A stretch of DNA of 64,000 nucleotides from Zancudomyces culisetae HAW-14-8. Taxonomy: Eukaryota; Fungi; Kickxellomycota. The stretch's first letter is position 1. Every line of letters starts with the position of its first letter. The notes under the pieces are model-generated. The model made no database searches. It had not been told where the DNA came from and saw only the letters and a program-made list of their open reading frames with translations. This document shows, piece after piece, positions 48,601-60,455 of the stretch. A program made the translations under genes and the position numbers. The DNA lies in NCBI GenBank assembly GCA_052426225.1, contig JBNJNM010000023.1, positions 248,001 through 312,000 on the forward strand. Direction: 5' to 3'.

Positions 48601-50211
48601 CATTAAATTTAGTTAACCAGTCCATCCCCAGTATGAGTACCTTGTTGGGTAAGTGCATTACAAGTGCTTCAGTTTGAAATATGATGTTTCCTAAGCTAAT
48701 AGGTAAATTTTTAATTTTTCCGGCCGTTTTGTGTTTACTACCATCCGCAGTTATAATGTATTCCATAGGGTTAGAGTCTGTTTGGATGTTTAATTGTTTT
48801 GCGGTTTCTGTTGATAAAACACTACAAGCAGCACCCGTATCGATTATTGCGGATATTGTTTTCCCAAATATATTGACGCTAGTCTTGCAATTTGTTGATT
48901 TGCGATTAATTAAGGTGTTTAAGGTTTTTCCTTGTAAATATTTATTATTAAGCATATTTAATTGTGATTGAACTATTGGAGCAATATCAATCAACTGTGG
49001 AATACTAATTGACGCTTTAACTCTTGACAGATCTTCCAGTAATGGGTAAGACTTTATGTAATTATTTTCTGCTTTACTGGCTACGGCTACTTGTTCCGTA
49101 TTCTTATTTGCTTGTAATCTTTGAGTTTCCTGTCTAGTATGTATAGAAGAATTACTTTTTTCTCGAGTTGGTTCTTCGTTCTGATTAATTCTTTTTCGGG
49201 TTGACTCAACCTCGTCATTTCCCAGGTTAGTAACGCTCTTGAATTTTCTTTTATCAGCTATATAAACCTCGTTCTCATTATCTGTACCTGAGTATTCAGT
49301 AAAACTGCTAAAAACTTTACTATTACATCCTTGTCTGTATTGGTTGTGTCATAGGATTCTACTTCCAAACAGTTGACTGCCTTTTCTACAGTAGATAATC
49401 GTTGCAATTCATTTGAATTTCCTTCCTGAGTCGACTCTGCTTTAGGATGTCCAGTATGTTCCCATTTATTGCCTTGTTGTTTATTCTCATATGGTTTATT
49501 TCTAGAATTGTATTGTGTTCTAGTGCCTTTATTTTCTCGCCTATCCATTTGATTATATGATTGTATACCTCTAGGTCTGGGTTCACTGATTTCTTTCAGT
49601 ATTACTGTGCTTATCTGATCAAACTTTTCAATAAGCGTTTCAATATCAGCTTTTCTCTTAGGTGTTTCGACTGCGATTTGATTCTCATTGTTAAAGCATA
49701 GTTTATCCATAGTTTCTTCTTCAATAAGTAATTTAACTGCTTCTTCATATAGTTTAACTTTGCTTTTTAATATAAGTTTTCTGTGCTCAGGTGCCACAGC
49801 TTTCATCAGGTATTTTATTTTTTCTTTGTCTTCCATGATGTTTGCACGCCTAGCTGTAATATCGATTCGTATTGATAGTGCTTCAATATTCTCTCCCTCT
49901 CTTTGGCGTATCTCTTGCATCTCATTCCAAGCTCTGTATTCTTCTTCTTCTCCTGCAAACTTTTCTTTAAACTTTTTCTTTGTCTCTTCCCAAGATGTAA
50001 AAGTAGGGTACATACGATCGTACCAGGTTCTAGCTTTTCCAACTACGTACTTTTCCAGTTTCTCAATTCTGTTAGCCTCACTCCATCCATTGTTTTCGGA
50101 TGCCAGTTCATATCTTTTTAGCCATTTCTTTGGCTCTAGCTCCTCTATTGGGTTAAACTTTTCAGGTTCCATAATCGTTCTGTTCATATTACAGAGCTGC
50201 TGTAATATCAT
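45633..50211 (-). pseudogene. gag-pol of the decayed gypsy element, broken by stops and frameshifts
   Basis: Fragmented ORFs 49258-50211, 47822-48994, 47474-47719, 46798-47157 and 45889-46743 with in-frame stops in RT, RNase H and IN. Confidence 0.9.
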
Positions 50212-50333
50212 GTTTCAAAGTTGGTTTTATCTTCAATTTTAGTCATTTTAGACATGTTTTTTATCTCTGGTAATGTCATTATATAAAGTAAAGATTTTAT
50301 AATTATTTATTTAATTCTAAACTAATACTAAGT

Positions 50334-50351
50334 GTCCTGGCTGGATCACCA
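50334..50351 (-). promoter_or_regulatory. Primer-binding site complementary to the tRNA-Arg(ACG) 3' end plus CCA
   Basis: TGGTGATCCAGCCAGGAC is the exact complement of GTCCTGGCTGGATCA (52128-52142) plus CCA. Confidence 0.92.
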
Positions 50352-50721
50352 TAATCTGTCGTAAAATTTTTGTAATTAGTAATTTTAGAATATAACAGCA
50401 CGACGAAACTGTATACTCATATTAAAGTAGATTCAGGACTTAAATGAATTTGTTTTATAATCTTTATTAGTATAATAACGTAACTGAATTAGGAAAAGTC
50501 GAACGAGGAACGCCATAGAGTCCTGTTTGTCACTATATATAAGAGTTTGATAATTATTAAATAAAATAGATATTTTACTAAGCAATTAATGTTTAAACGT
50601 TTATGCAATTGATGTACAAGCACTTTGGTTAACAAAGAGTTATAACCTACTCGGTACACAATTGCACCAACGTTTTACCCCATTGGCGGTGTTGACAATC
50701 GTTTTTTCATACGACAATGAT

Positions 50722-51348
50722 CGTCATATAGTACCCTTATTTTCTAATATATATTTTTATTTAGTTGTTTAGTGAAATTTTTCTAGATAATTTTGGGTTT
50801 AAAATATATTTTGTTTTTATTGGATAAAATTACGTAAGTGGTAAATGTCAAAATTTAATCCACTATGAATTTTATCATAGTATGTTTATATAGGTTTGGT
50901 ATGTTTTTGTGAGAGTTTTACTATCAGATTTTTTCAGTTTAATTATTAGTAATAAAGGATTCTAACACACAATATATCTAATAAGGCTACTAGACTTAAA
51001 GATTATTTAGTTATAAGATAATACTAAGTAATAGAAGATAATTTATATTGCTATAACATTAATATATATAAATAAAGCTATTTATATGACAAACTGTTGT
51101 ATGCCTACAATAGGCGAAACATTTCCATTGGTTAATTGTGTTTTGTAATTTTTAGTTAGATTTTTTGTAGATTTTATTGTATAAAATTGAAATTTATGTT
51201 TAACTAAATAAATGTCCTCTTTTGCAAAATCCAAAGTACTGTATAATAATTTGCAGCATATAGTAAAAGGTAAGTAAAATGACCCGTCCCGTGTGTTATT
51301 TGGTGTAAAAAACACTAAATGGGAGATTAAACATGGCAACATACAACA
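50722..51348. mobile_element. Two adjacent solo LTRs (50722-51091 and family A 51095-51348)
   Basis: CGTCATATA...TATATGACA (first base decayed) and TGTTGTATG...CATACAACA terminal inverted repeats. Confidence 0.7.
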
Positions 51349-51349
51349 G

Positions 51350-52060
51350 TGTTGTATGCTTAGTTCTATCCAAGCTAAACTATTGGATAAACAGCATACA
51401 GCTTCTCAAACACCGAATAACCACCGTTATCTCGGGTGTTCGAGCTAGTAATCTGGGATTACTAGGGTGAAATTATCACCCAAAAAGTGAGTCAATATTA
51501 AGTTTTGATTATTTTATTTTAAGTTTCTATTATATAAAGTTCTAATAAAATAGCTAGTCAGGTACTAGTATATTACTAGTAACCTCACCACAAGTTTGGT
51601 GGTTTTATCTTTTTATTTTTAAAAGTTATTCATTAAATAAAATACAAATTAGCTCTAAAATACTTGATTTTACTCTATATAATTGAAATTTGTGATTTGA
51701 GCAAAAACCTACCTAAAACCAAAAAAAAACATAGGTAGTGAAGCGTAACACAATTTTCAAAGGGTATCAGAAAGGTATCAGAGTCTAATTTTTGGACCAA
51801 AATTAATTGTTTTGCACACCAAAATTAATCGTTTTGCACACCAAATTTTAGGAGTTGGTCGTAATTTTACCCAGTTTTATCGCATTTATTGAAGTAATAA
51901 ATACATAAAACTAAATTAAATATAAGCTAAAAAGGTAGGGTTGACTGGTTAAATAAAGTAAAACTTATTCCAGTAACAATCCCCCTCAATTAGCAGAACT
52001 TTTTGTAGGTTTAGTTACGGAAATTTCCTGAGAAATTCACTGCAGTTTAAAATTACAACA
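51350..52060 (+). mobile_element. Solo LTR (family B), 9 nt upstream of tRNA-Arg(ACG)
   Basis: TGTTGTA...TACAACA, TSD ACAG/ACAG; carries an internal 22-bp tandem duplication near 51797-51845. Confidence 0.92.
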
Positions 52061-52069
52061 ACAGACATA

Positions 52070-52142
52070 GGTCCTGTGGCCCAATGGATAAGGCGCTTGA
52101 CTACGAATCAAGAGATTCCAGGTTCGAGTCCTGGCTGGATCA
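52070..52142 (+). tRNA. tRNA-Arg(ACG)
   Basis: Full cloverleaf, CTTGA-CTACGAA-TCAAG anticodon arm, GGTTCGAGTCC B-box, TTTT terminator; T6-T67 mismatch in the acceptor stem. Confidence 0.95.
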
Positions 52143-53545
52143 TTTTGTTATATTTCAACTTTTTAATTTTTTCTTGTCGAGTATATTAGAACTTTAATTA
52201 AAATATTTATTTTATCATTTAATACATACCGTAGTTAACAGCTACATACTTTTTTTAGCGAATCAATTGCGATTCCTTAGTAGTAGATAACTACCAATGA
52301 TAGCTAGCAGAATATATAGTTAAAATGATCTAATATAGTAAAGTGAATAACAAACCGAATATAACGAGAGCGGATAACGAAAATAGCATCTACAGCCTTT
52401 CTAACATGATTATACTTTACACATATTTTAAATATACTTAATAATTGAAAATAGCACCTTACTGATATAGTTTACTTAGTGTTACATTAGTTTAATCAAT
52501 AATAAAAGGTATTTAAAACATTCTTCATACGGCAAACAGAACTAGTGAAGTGATCCGAGACCTGAGTATAACGGACATAATCAGTGCTATATTAAACTCA
52601 GCCATCACATTAGCTGATAATTATATAAGATAACTTAATTCATCTACAATTATTACATTTCATTACATACATATATAGTATTAATAATATATGTTAATCC
52701 ACTTTTAATTAGAGATTTTTTGATATAATTTTCTCTATTTAATGGCTCAGTTAATTATACATTTATTATGGTAGAAAAATTCAAATATCAGATCAGATCA
52801 TTATTTCGATAGCCTATTAGAATGTTCATTATCTTTATTATTGTTTATTTATAAATCAGCCCTAAGTTAGACTCTATTTGAATATGATTTAGTTGCAATA
52901 TAAAATTAAGAATATTGTATGTGTAATGTTATTCCGTTTATACATGTTATAGATTTACTCTTCGTTGTCTTGTCATTGAAATTCGGTTTGCATTCACTTA
53001 ATTGTTATTGTTCATTTTGCTAATAACACGTTTTTGCTCTCATTGGCGCTATAATATAGCTCAGGAATCGCTGTTGACGCGCCTACAAAAAGCATGGAGT
53101 GCAGTATAATATATATACGACAGAAAAATTCTAAGTGATTTCATAGTAAATATATATTATTTAGATTTTTTATAGATTTATCAATATAATAACTTAGAGT
53201 ATCGATCTATACGTAGTAATAGATACTATTTATTTGATAATATTTTTAATAATATACATATATTATTATTGCTATACCATGAATATATTATATGATAAAA
53301 TTTTAAGCATCAATAATTGTTAGTATTTAATATTGTGTAATCATTTGAAGGATTATGTGAGAGAAAAATTTTAATAGAAATGTTATCATAAATATATATT
53401 AAATAATCTAATTGTCTCAAAATTTGCAAAATAGTATATTACGTATTAAACATTAATGTATATATTATTCCATAGTTTGTATTTATTTCAAATCTAAACA
53501 AAGACATTATTTAGTAAAATACATATATTAATAGTTACATTAACA

Positions 53546-54755
53546 TGCTTGATGATGAAAAATATTTAAAAAAAATAGCTTTAGCACTATCAATTAGCCT
53601 TAGTACATTTAGTTATATAAAGAAAATCTCGTCTATTAATAAAAAAATTAAATCCAGGAGGCCCAAATAAATTGACAAAAGCAAATGAGCGATTAATAAT
53701 TCGGAAAATTACGCTTGGACAATTTGATACAGCGACAAAAGCTACAAAACTTCTTATGAAAAATGGTCGCGTATCTGTGGTTCCTCAAATAGTGCGGAAT
53801 AGCTTGAAATAATATGGTTTAAGTGCAAAACCTAAGGTCAAAAAACCTATGCTAAAATTAGGTCATATTAAACAACGACTTGAATTTGCTAAAAAATATC
53901 AGCATTGGACTGTAGAAGACTGGAAACGTGTGATATGGTCTGACGAGACTAAAATTAACAGATTTGGGTCAGATGGGCGCATGTGGTGCTGGAAAAAACA
54001 AGGGAGCCAGTTAAAACCGAACCATGTTAAAAAAACTATAAAACATGGTGGAGGTTCAATCATGATATATGGATGCATGACATCAGAAGGCCCAGGATAT
54101 CTTACTAAAATTGATTGCGGACTTAATGCAGAACTGTACTGTGATATTCTTGAAGACGAACTGGTAAAATCAATGGAGTGGTACGACTTAGACAGGGAAA
54201 GTACAATTTTTCAGCATAATAACGATCCAAAACACACCGCGATAATCACAAAAGCCTGGTTGCAAACTAACTTAATTCAGGTGCTTGACTGGCCAGCGCG
54301 TCACCTGACCTAAATCCAATTGAACATCTATGGGTCAGTTTGAAAAGACGGCTATCAAATCACGAAAATGCACCAAAAGGGATAAACGAACTTTGGGACC
54401 GCGTACAAGACGAGTGGAATAAGATAACACGTGACGAGTGTATATCGCTAATCAGTAGTTAGTCTGCAAGAATTACGGTAGTATTGAAAGCCAGGGGTGG
54501 ATTACAAAATACTATTTTAATTAAGTTTATAAATTTTTTTAATATTAGCACAAAAATTGTTCAAATAAAATATTAATACAAAAAGTATAACAACAGTTGA
54601 TTGGCTGGTTCAAGCAATCTAAAATTTGATAGGTTATACATGGTATATGTATGTATAATGATTGTAAAATTTATAGTGATGCGATATAGTATTCGTGAGA
54701 TATACTAATTTTTTAATGAACATCAAAAACATTTGAACAATATTTTGAGTCACTG
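53546..54755 (+). mobile_element. Tc1/mariner relic with degenerate transposase; right end CACTG|TA, left end not found
   Basis: WSDETKINRFGSDG, KHGGGSIMIYGCM, FQHNNDPKH, then frameshifted SPDLNPIEHLW. Confidence 0.85.
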
Positions 54756-54934
54756 TATAGGTTGTTTAAAAGACCTAGATATAAAAAAATCTTTTTAAAA
54801 TAGTTTGTTCTACACAGGAACTTATAGTATTATAGTGAAAACTTATAATAAAATTAGTACATAGCATAATTACTATAATAGTTTCCAGCTAATTGATAAA
54901 AAAAGCTGTGAATCTGAGCTTTTGATAACAGATA

Positions 54935-55623
54935 TGTTGTACGCTTAGTGCTATCCAAGCTAAGCTATTGGATAAACAGCATACAGCTTCTCAAACACCG
55001 AATAACCACCGTTATCTTGGGTGTTCGAGCTAGTAAAATGGGATTACTAAGGTGAAATTATCACCCAAAATGTTGGTGAAATATTCAGTTTTCATTGTTT
55101 TATTTTAAGTTTCTATTATATAATGTTCAATATAATAGCCTGTCAGGTACTAGTATATTACTAGTAACCCCACCACAAGTTTGGTGGTTTTATCTTTTTA
55201 TTTTTAAAAGTTATTCATTAAATAAAATACAAATTAGCTCTAAAATACTTGATTTTACTCTATATAATTGAAATTTGTGATTTGAGCAAAAACCTACCTA
55301 AAACCAAAAAAAAACATAGGTAGTGAAGCGTAACACAATTTTCAAAGGGTATCAGAAAGGTATCAGAGTCTAATTTTTGGACCAAAATTAATCGTTTTGC
55401 ACACCAAATTTTAGGAGTTGGGCGTAATTTTACCCAGTTTTATCGCATTTATTGAAGTAATAAATACATAAAACTAAATTAAATATAAGCTAAAAAGGAA
55501 GGGTTGACTGGTTAAATAAAGTAAAACTTATTCCAGTAACAATCCCCCTCTATTAGCAGAACTTTTTGTAGGTTTAGTTGCGGAAATTTCCTGAGAAATT
55601 CACTGCAGTTTAAAATTATAACA
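54935..55623 (+). mobile_element. Solo LTR (family B, third copy)
   Basis: Near-identical to 51350-52060. Confidence 0.9.
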
Positions 55624-55958
55624 TCATGTCGGCTGTTTATAAAATTTTTATTATAATTTTATACCTCAGTACGACGAGGCTGAGTATATATTAATTTAGG
55701 CTCGGTACTTTTTTATAGTCTTTTAGTATAAAATGTATTATTTAATAATATATAAACGCTATGATTTTGAGTGAATTTCGAACAAGATTCCTTAAAATCT
55801 TGTTTCGTCGTATTTAAAGGTTTTTTCCTATAATAGTTTATACTATTATGAAAGTATTAATATATAAACATAGTTATAAAATATAAAATATAAACAACGT
55901 TGAACCACTAATTGTAGCAAAAACCACAATGGTGAAAAGGCCACTTTTGGACAATGGT

Positions 55959-56372
55959 TCAACGTTGGTCCTTTCTTAGCGTGTGTGTAAGTATTATAAA
56001 CACACACAAAATTATCAGTGTTGCAGAGTGGGATCTTTCGGTAATCCCACTCGCGCTCTCACCACGTACCAAGCTTGGGGAAGCTTGTTCTGTGGTCTCG
56101 GTTACACTCCTCTTGTGTAACTGAATGTTCATTAGGATGTTCTCGGATGAGACACTATCCCTATATCCCGTCGGAGATGGTGTATCTACCGACATGCTTT
56201 CCGGGCTTCTACGGATCTGGATCTGTCGGACGCTTTCCGTCAGTTCCCCAAGGGTTCGAGGACTGAGTGTCCCGATATCCTGGTCCATGCTACTGCCCCT
56301 AGTACTGTTGGAGGTGGTTGACGAATCTCTCCTAGACTCTCTCACACCTGTGTTAAACAAATAGTTAATCAT
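55959..56372 (-). CDS. LTR-encoded peptide, homolog of 42546-42914 (118 codons within the LTR, remainder is read-through into the flank)
   Basis: RGSSMDQD.G.LSPRTLGELTESVRQ.QIRRSPE.MSV conserved between the two copies. Confidence 0.6.
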   Translation of the reverse strand: MINYLFNTGVRESRRDSSTTSNSTRGSSMDQDIGTLSPRTLGELTESVRQIQIRRSPESMSVDTPSPTGYRDSVSSENILMNIQLHKRSVTETTEQASPSLVRGESASGITERSHSATLIILCVFIILTHTLRKDQR

Positions 56373-56857
56373 TATGATTATTTTACTATAAGTTGATTTG
56401 AATTATCTTTATTTAAACTGAGTTTATTAATTAATCCGTATAGTAGGACATGGATCAGTTTTCTACTAAACTACTATATCACATATATATATGATTAAAA
56501 ACTTAAATGCTAACCTAGTTTTCCAATATAATAAATTTACTATACACTATTAATATTCTGTTAAGTATACTAATAGTTTTGTTTCATAATTGCAGCATAC
56601 GTGCAATTAAGATTATGTGAGGAAACACATAATCATTCAAATTATTTGATGTTCAGTATGAAAACATATTTCGTACTAGAATCATCATTATTGAATGGAC
56701 TCAGCATGTAGAATTTATTTCATGCTGAGTCGAAATTAAATTAAACAAAAATTTAAACAACAATAAAAATTATAAAAATTGATATTCCGCGATGAGTGTA
56801 CAGCGAAATTTCTCGTACACTATTTGAATTTATAATGATATTCGGCTTATTGCGATA
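56019..56857 (-). mobile_element. Solo LTR (family F, diverged copy) containing the conserved ORF 56372->56019
   Basis: TGTTGCA...TGCGATA ends; homologous ORF, hairpin and GTACACTCA block shared with 42136-42899. Confidence 0.75.
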
Positions 56858-59800
56858 TGTTATATAGTGGCTAGAGCTACCATTAAACATATATAATAAC
56901 AACTACCAATTACATATTTATTTCTATATATTAATATTTAGGTTTATCAATAAATATAAGTTAATATTTATTATAGGTTATTTAGTATATTATGTGTTGC
57001 CTAGTTTTTTTTATCCTTCTGGAATTTTTCTACAGCAACATTCTAGATTATTATTAATAATTAGTATAGTTATAAGTTTAAACTATATTTAGGTTTAAAG
57101 TATAATAGTTGTTTTAAAAAAGTATAAATATGATAGTTATTCAGATAGTTTAAACATCAATAAATAAACACGTAAAATACAAGTTTGGTCTATTTATTAA
57201 AGTTATAGTTACTATAGTGAAAACTTAATAACATTAGTACATAGTATAGTTTTTCTATCAAATAAATATATTTTTTACACAATAGCGAACTCGAACCTGG
57301 AATTCATTAACATATTGTTATAGAGTGGAATTATATGCCTGTATTTCCTTGTATTTTATTGGTTAATTTAAATAGTATTATTTTATGTATTAAATAGTCT
57401 AGTTTTGAATTAATAAATAAATTGTCTTATTCTCCCTAATTAATTATAGTCCTAATATATATTAATAAAAGTCCCGTCCTGTATGATACTGGGTAATTAT
57501 ATTACTCAGTGGAGGTTAAACATGTAATTATACGACAATATATGTCATATAGAATTGGCGTGATTACCCCTGGACTACAATATTAGGTAATACCAGTTTC
57601 TCGTTTATTATTTATTAGTTATTATTTACTTGTGAGAAGATTGGACTTTTCTCCCGAAGGGGGTTTTATCTGACTTCTCTGATAATAGGTTCTTTGTTAT
57701 CAGTTTTTTATTGAGATAATTTTTAGATAGAAGTTAATATTTTTATATATTTTACAAATTTTACAAGAGAAATAATTAAATAGTATAATATAAAAAAAAA
57801 AGACTGTCTACGCCTCCATAATTGTTAGTTACGCAACAAGATAGTTTAAACTCTCTCTTGAAAGTAAATAGCAAGGTGTTTAGACACTTATTACCCATAA
57901 CGGGTATAAAATATTTTAAATAATAAATAAAATATTACATACTGTCATATAATTAATGATAGTTCATACCTTCTAGCTTTGATTGGCAGTTTATTTATCA
58001 TATTTAGTTTATCATATTTATTTTATCATATTTATTTCATTGGAGATTGGACTTTTCTCCCTATGGTGGGTTTTATCCAATTTCTATCCTTGATAACAGG
58101 TTAGTCGTTATCAGGAAAAGTTTTATAATTAGTTTTAGAGATAACAAAAGATATATATAATTTATACACAGTTTTGTAGAAGAGAAAGGGAGAATAAAAA
58201 GAAAACACGAGATACAAAAATTACAACGGTACTAACTTCATAAAACGAACTATTAGCAAGGGTGTAGGATAAAAACTATACAAGTGCGAGAGAGTTCGGA
58301 GTTGAGTACAAGGCTCCTAAAAAGGCAAAGATATTAAAAATATATTACAATATATGTTATATTTTTATTTTAACTTAAACTTTTATTAACTTAAAATATA
58401 CTTGAACTTTATCCTATTCTCTTACTATACCAAATATCCGTTAATATTGTTATTATTAACTATTGAATATTAGTATACTGAATAAAAGAACATATTACTA
58501 CTATTTATTTGGATTAAAGATGTGTTTTATTTAGTGATATTTCCCTGCACTTATATACTTTTACTGCTAACTTAAAAAATACTATTAAAACAATACAAAG
58601 ATACATAAACTTTACTACTGAAAGTTAAAGCATAAATTTGTATATACTGTTTAAAACTTGTAATAAAAATCATAATACTAATTAAAAACATATGATTACT
58701 AAACTAAACTGTTTCAAGGTAAGTCTTGGTTTACTATATGACATATTGTTATTTAGCGACGCACATCGCCTCTAGTCACTATATAATCTACCTTCTAATA
58801 ATATTGGTTTTATTATATTAATTTTATATTACTTTTTGTAGATCATAATATTTGATCTGTTATAGTATAATATTAGTTTATTCATAAATTCTAGGTTCAT
58901 GCATAGTTTTTTTCATCTTCGGATTTTTTCTAGGCATGAACAAATATATAAAAAATAGTTATAGGTTTATTAGTAATTTAGGTATATAGTTAAGTTTATT
59001 ATAGTATATTATATTATTATAAATACTACATAATTTTCTTGTAGTAGCGTTATCAAATAAATCACATAAACATAGTTTGGTCTATTTACTAAAGTCTTTA
59101 ACATATATAGCGAAAACTTGATTAAAAATAGTACTTAGTATATATTAGTTAACATAGTAAATTATTCTTTATAGCGGTTAAGAACCTAAATCGCTAACAA
59201 TATAATGTAGTGAATTTTTAATAAACTACTTGATGATTTTTTATTTAGATTCTCTGACAAATTTTTATACTCATATGTAGAAAAATGTAAAAGATTAACT
59301 TTCCACGTTGGTTGTTTAGAACGTGGTGTAGCTATTAGCTGCTATGAAAGACAATTGCAACCATGTCCTTATGATATTGTTGCAATTCTTAACTATATAA
59401 TCAGTAGGTGTATGCCTCTGATTGTTTAAATACTATAAATAGACTAATAATAAACTAATAATCGTTGTATGAGGAAAAACCCATTGGGAAAAAGTGCTCA
59501 TACAATAAGGTGCTACTAATTAACGACAATTGTTATATAGTGGCGTAGATCACCTCTAACCACGATATAATCGGCACTCCAATTAGGTTTGTTTATCTAT
59601 ATTATTTATATTATTAATATTGTAGGTCAAAATATATGATCTGCTAAGGTTTATAATTAGTTTATTTAACATTACAAGGTTCTAGTTTAGTTTTTTTGAT
59701 CTTCGGGTTTTTTCTAGATTAGAATTAATAACAAAAAAATAGGTTTAAATTATTATATAGTTTTATAGTAGTATATTAAGTATTAGTTAGTTTTTAAGTT

Positions 59801-60452
59801 ATAAATTCTTAAAGTTTTTCAGTAAGTCGAAAGATATCAATAAATTCAGTTTTGATCTATTTACTAGAAGTCTATAACTTATATATATTTTAAACTTGAA
59901 TAAATATAGTTAAATACATATTTAGTTATCAAAGTAAATAACAGTTTTGAATTAATCGAGGTTAAATAACCAACTCGCTAACACAATATGTTGACGAAAA
60001 TACAGATTCACTATTTTCGTATTGCTTTTGTAAATATATTCTAATTATAACTAACTATCCTATGTGCTATTCTTTGTAGTTTTCAAAATAAAAGTTATAC
60101 ACTTATTGAATATAGACCAAACCTTTTGTTATATTTTTATTTGATGATGTTTTCATAGCTAGTTTCCTAGCCCTATTTATACTTATAATTAAATGACTAT
60201 TATATACTTGAAAACTAAATATATACTTAAACTTAAAACATAAACTAAATATTAATAATAAACCAGAATGTTGCTGTAGAAAAATTCCAGAAGGATAAAA
60301 AAAACTAGGCAACACATAATATACTAAATAACCTATAATAAATATTAACTTATATTAATTGATAAACCTAAATATTAATATATAATAATAAATATGTAAT
60401 TGGTAAGTTATAATTAATAATGTCTAGAGGTAGCTCTAGCCACTATATAACA
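56858..60452. repeat. Contiguous run of nine solo LTRs: 56858-57312, 57316-57537, 57543-57939, 57943-58349, 58355-58743, 58747-59199, 59206-59528, 59531-59983, 59989-60452
   Basis: Each begins TGT and ends ACA, spacers 2-6 nt; exact TSDs ATAT (57316 unit), ATAT (58747 unit) and CAAT (59531 unit); several have sister copies elsewhere in the window. Confidence 0.85.
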
Positions 60453-60455
60453 AAT

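Larger units (their letters stand above)
43707..50716 (-). mobile_element. Decayed full-length Ty3/gypsy retrotransposon. 5' LTR 50357-50716; 3' LTR 43707-45632, split by a Tc1 insertion
   Basis: Paired 360-bp LTRs, TSD ATGA/ATGA, PBS, PPT (45633-45647), gag-PR(IIDTGAA)-RT(FVDD)-RNaseH-IN(HHCC, DDE, GPY) order. Confidence 0.95.

Noticed and set aside
53030-53105. GC-richer patch downstream of tRNA-Arg(ACG) as a possible ncRNA
   Set aside because: No cloverleaf, B-box or recognisable snRNA motif; may be LTR debris
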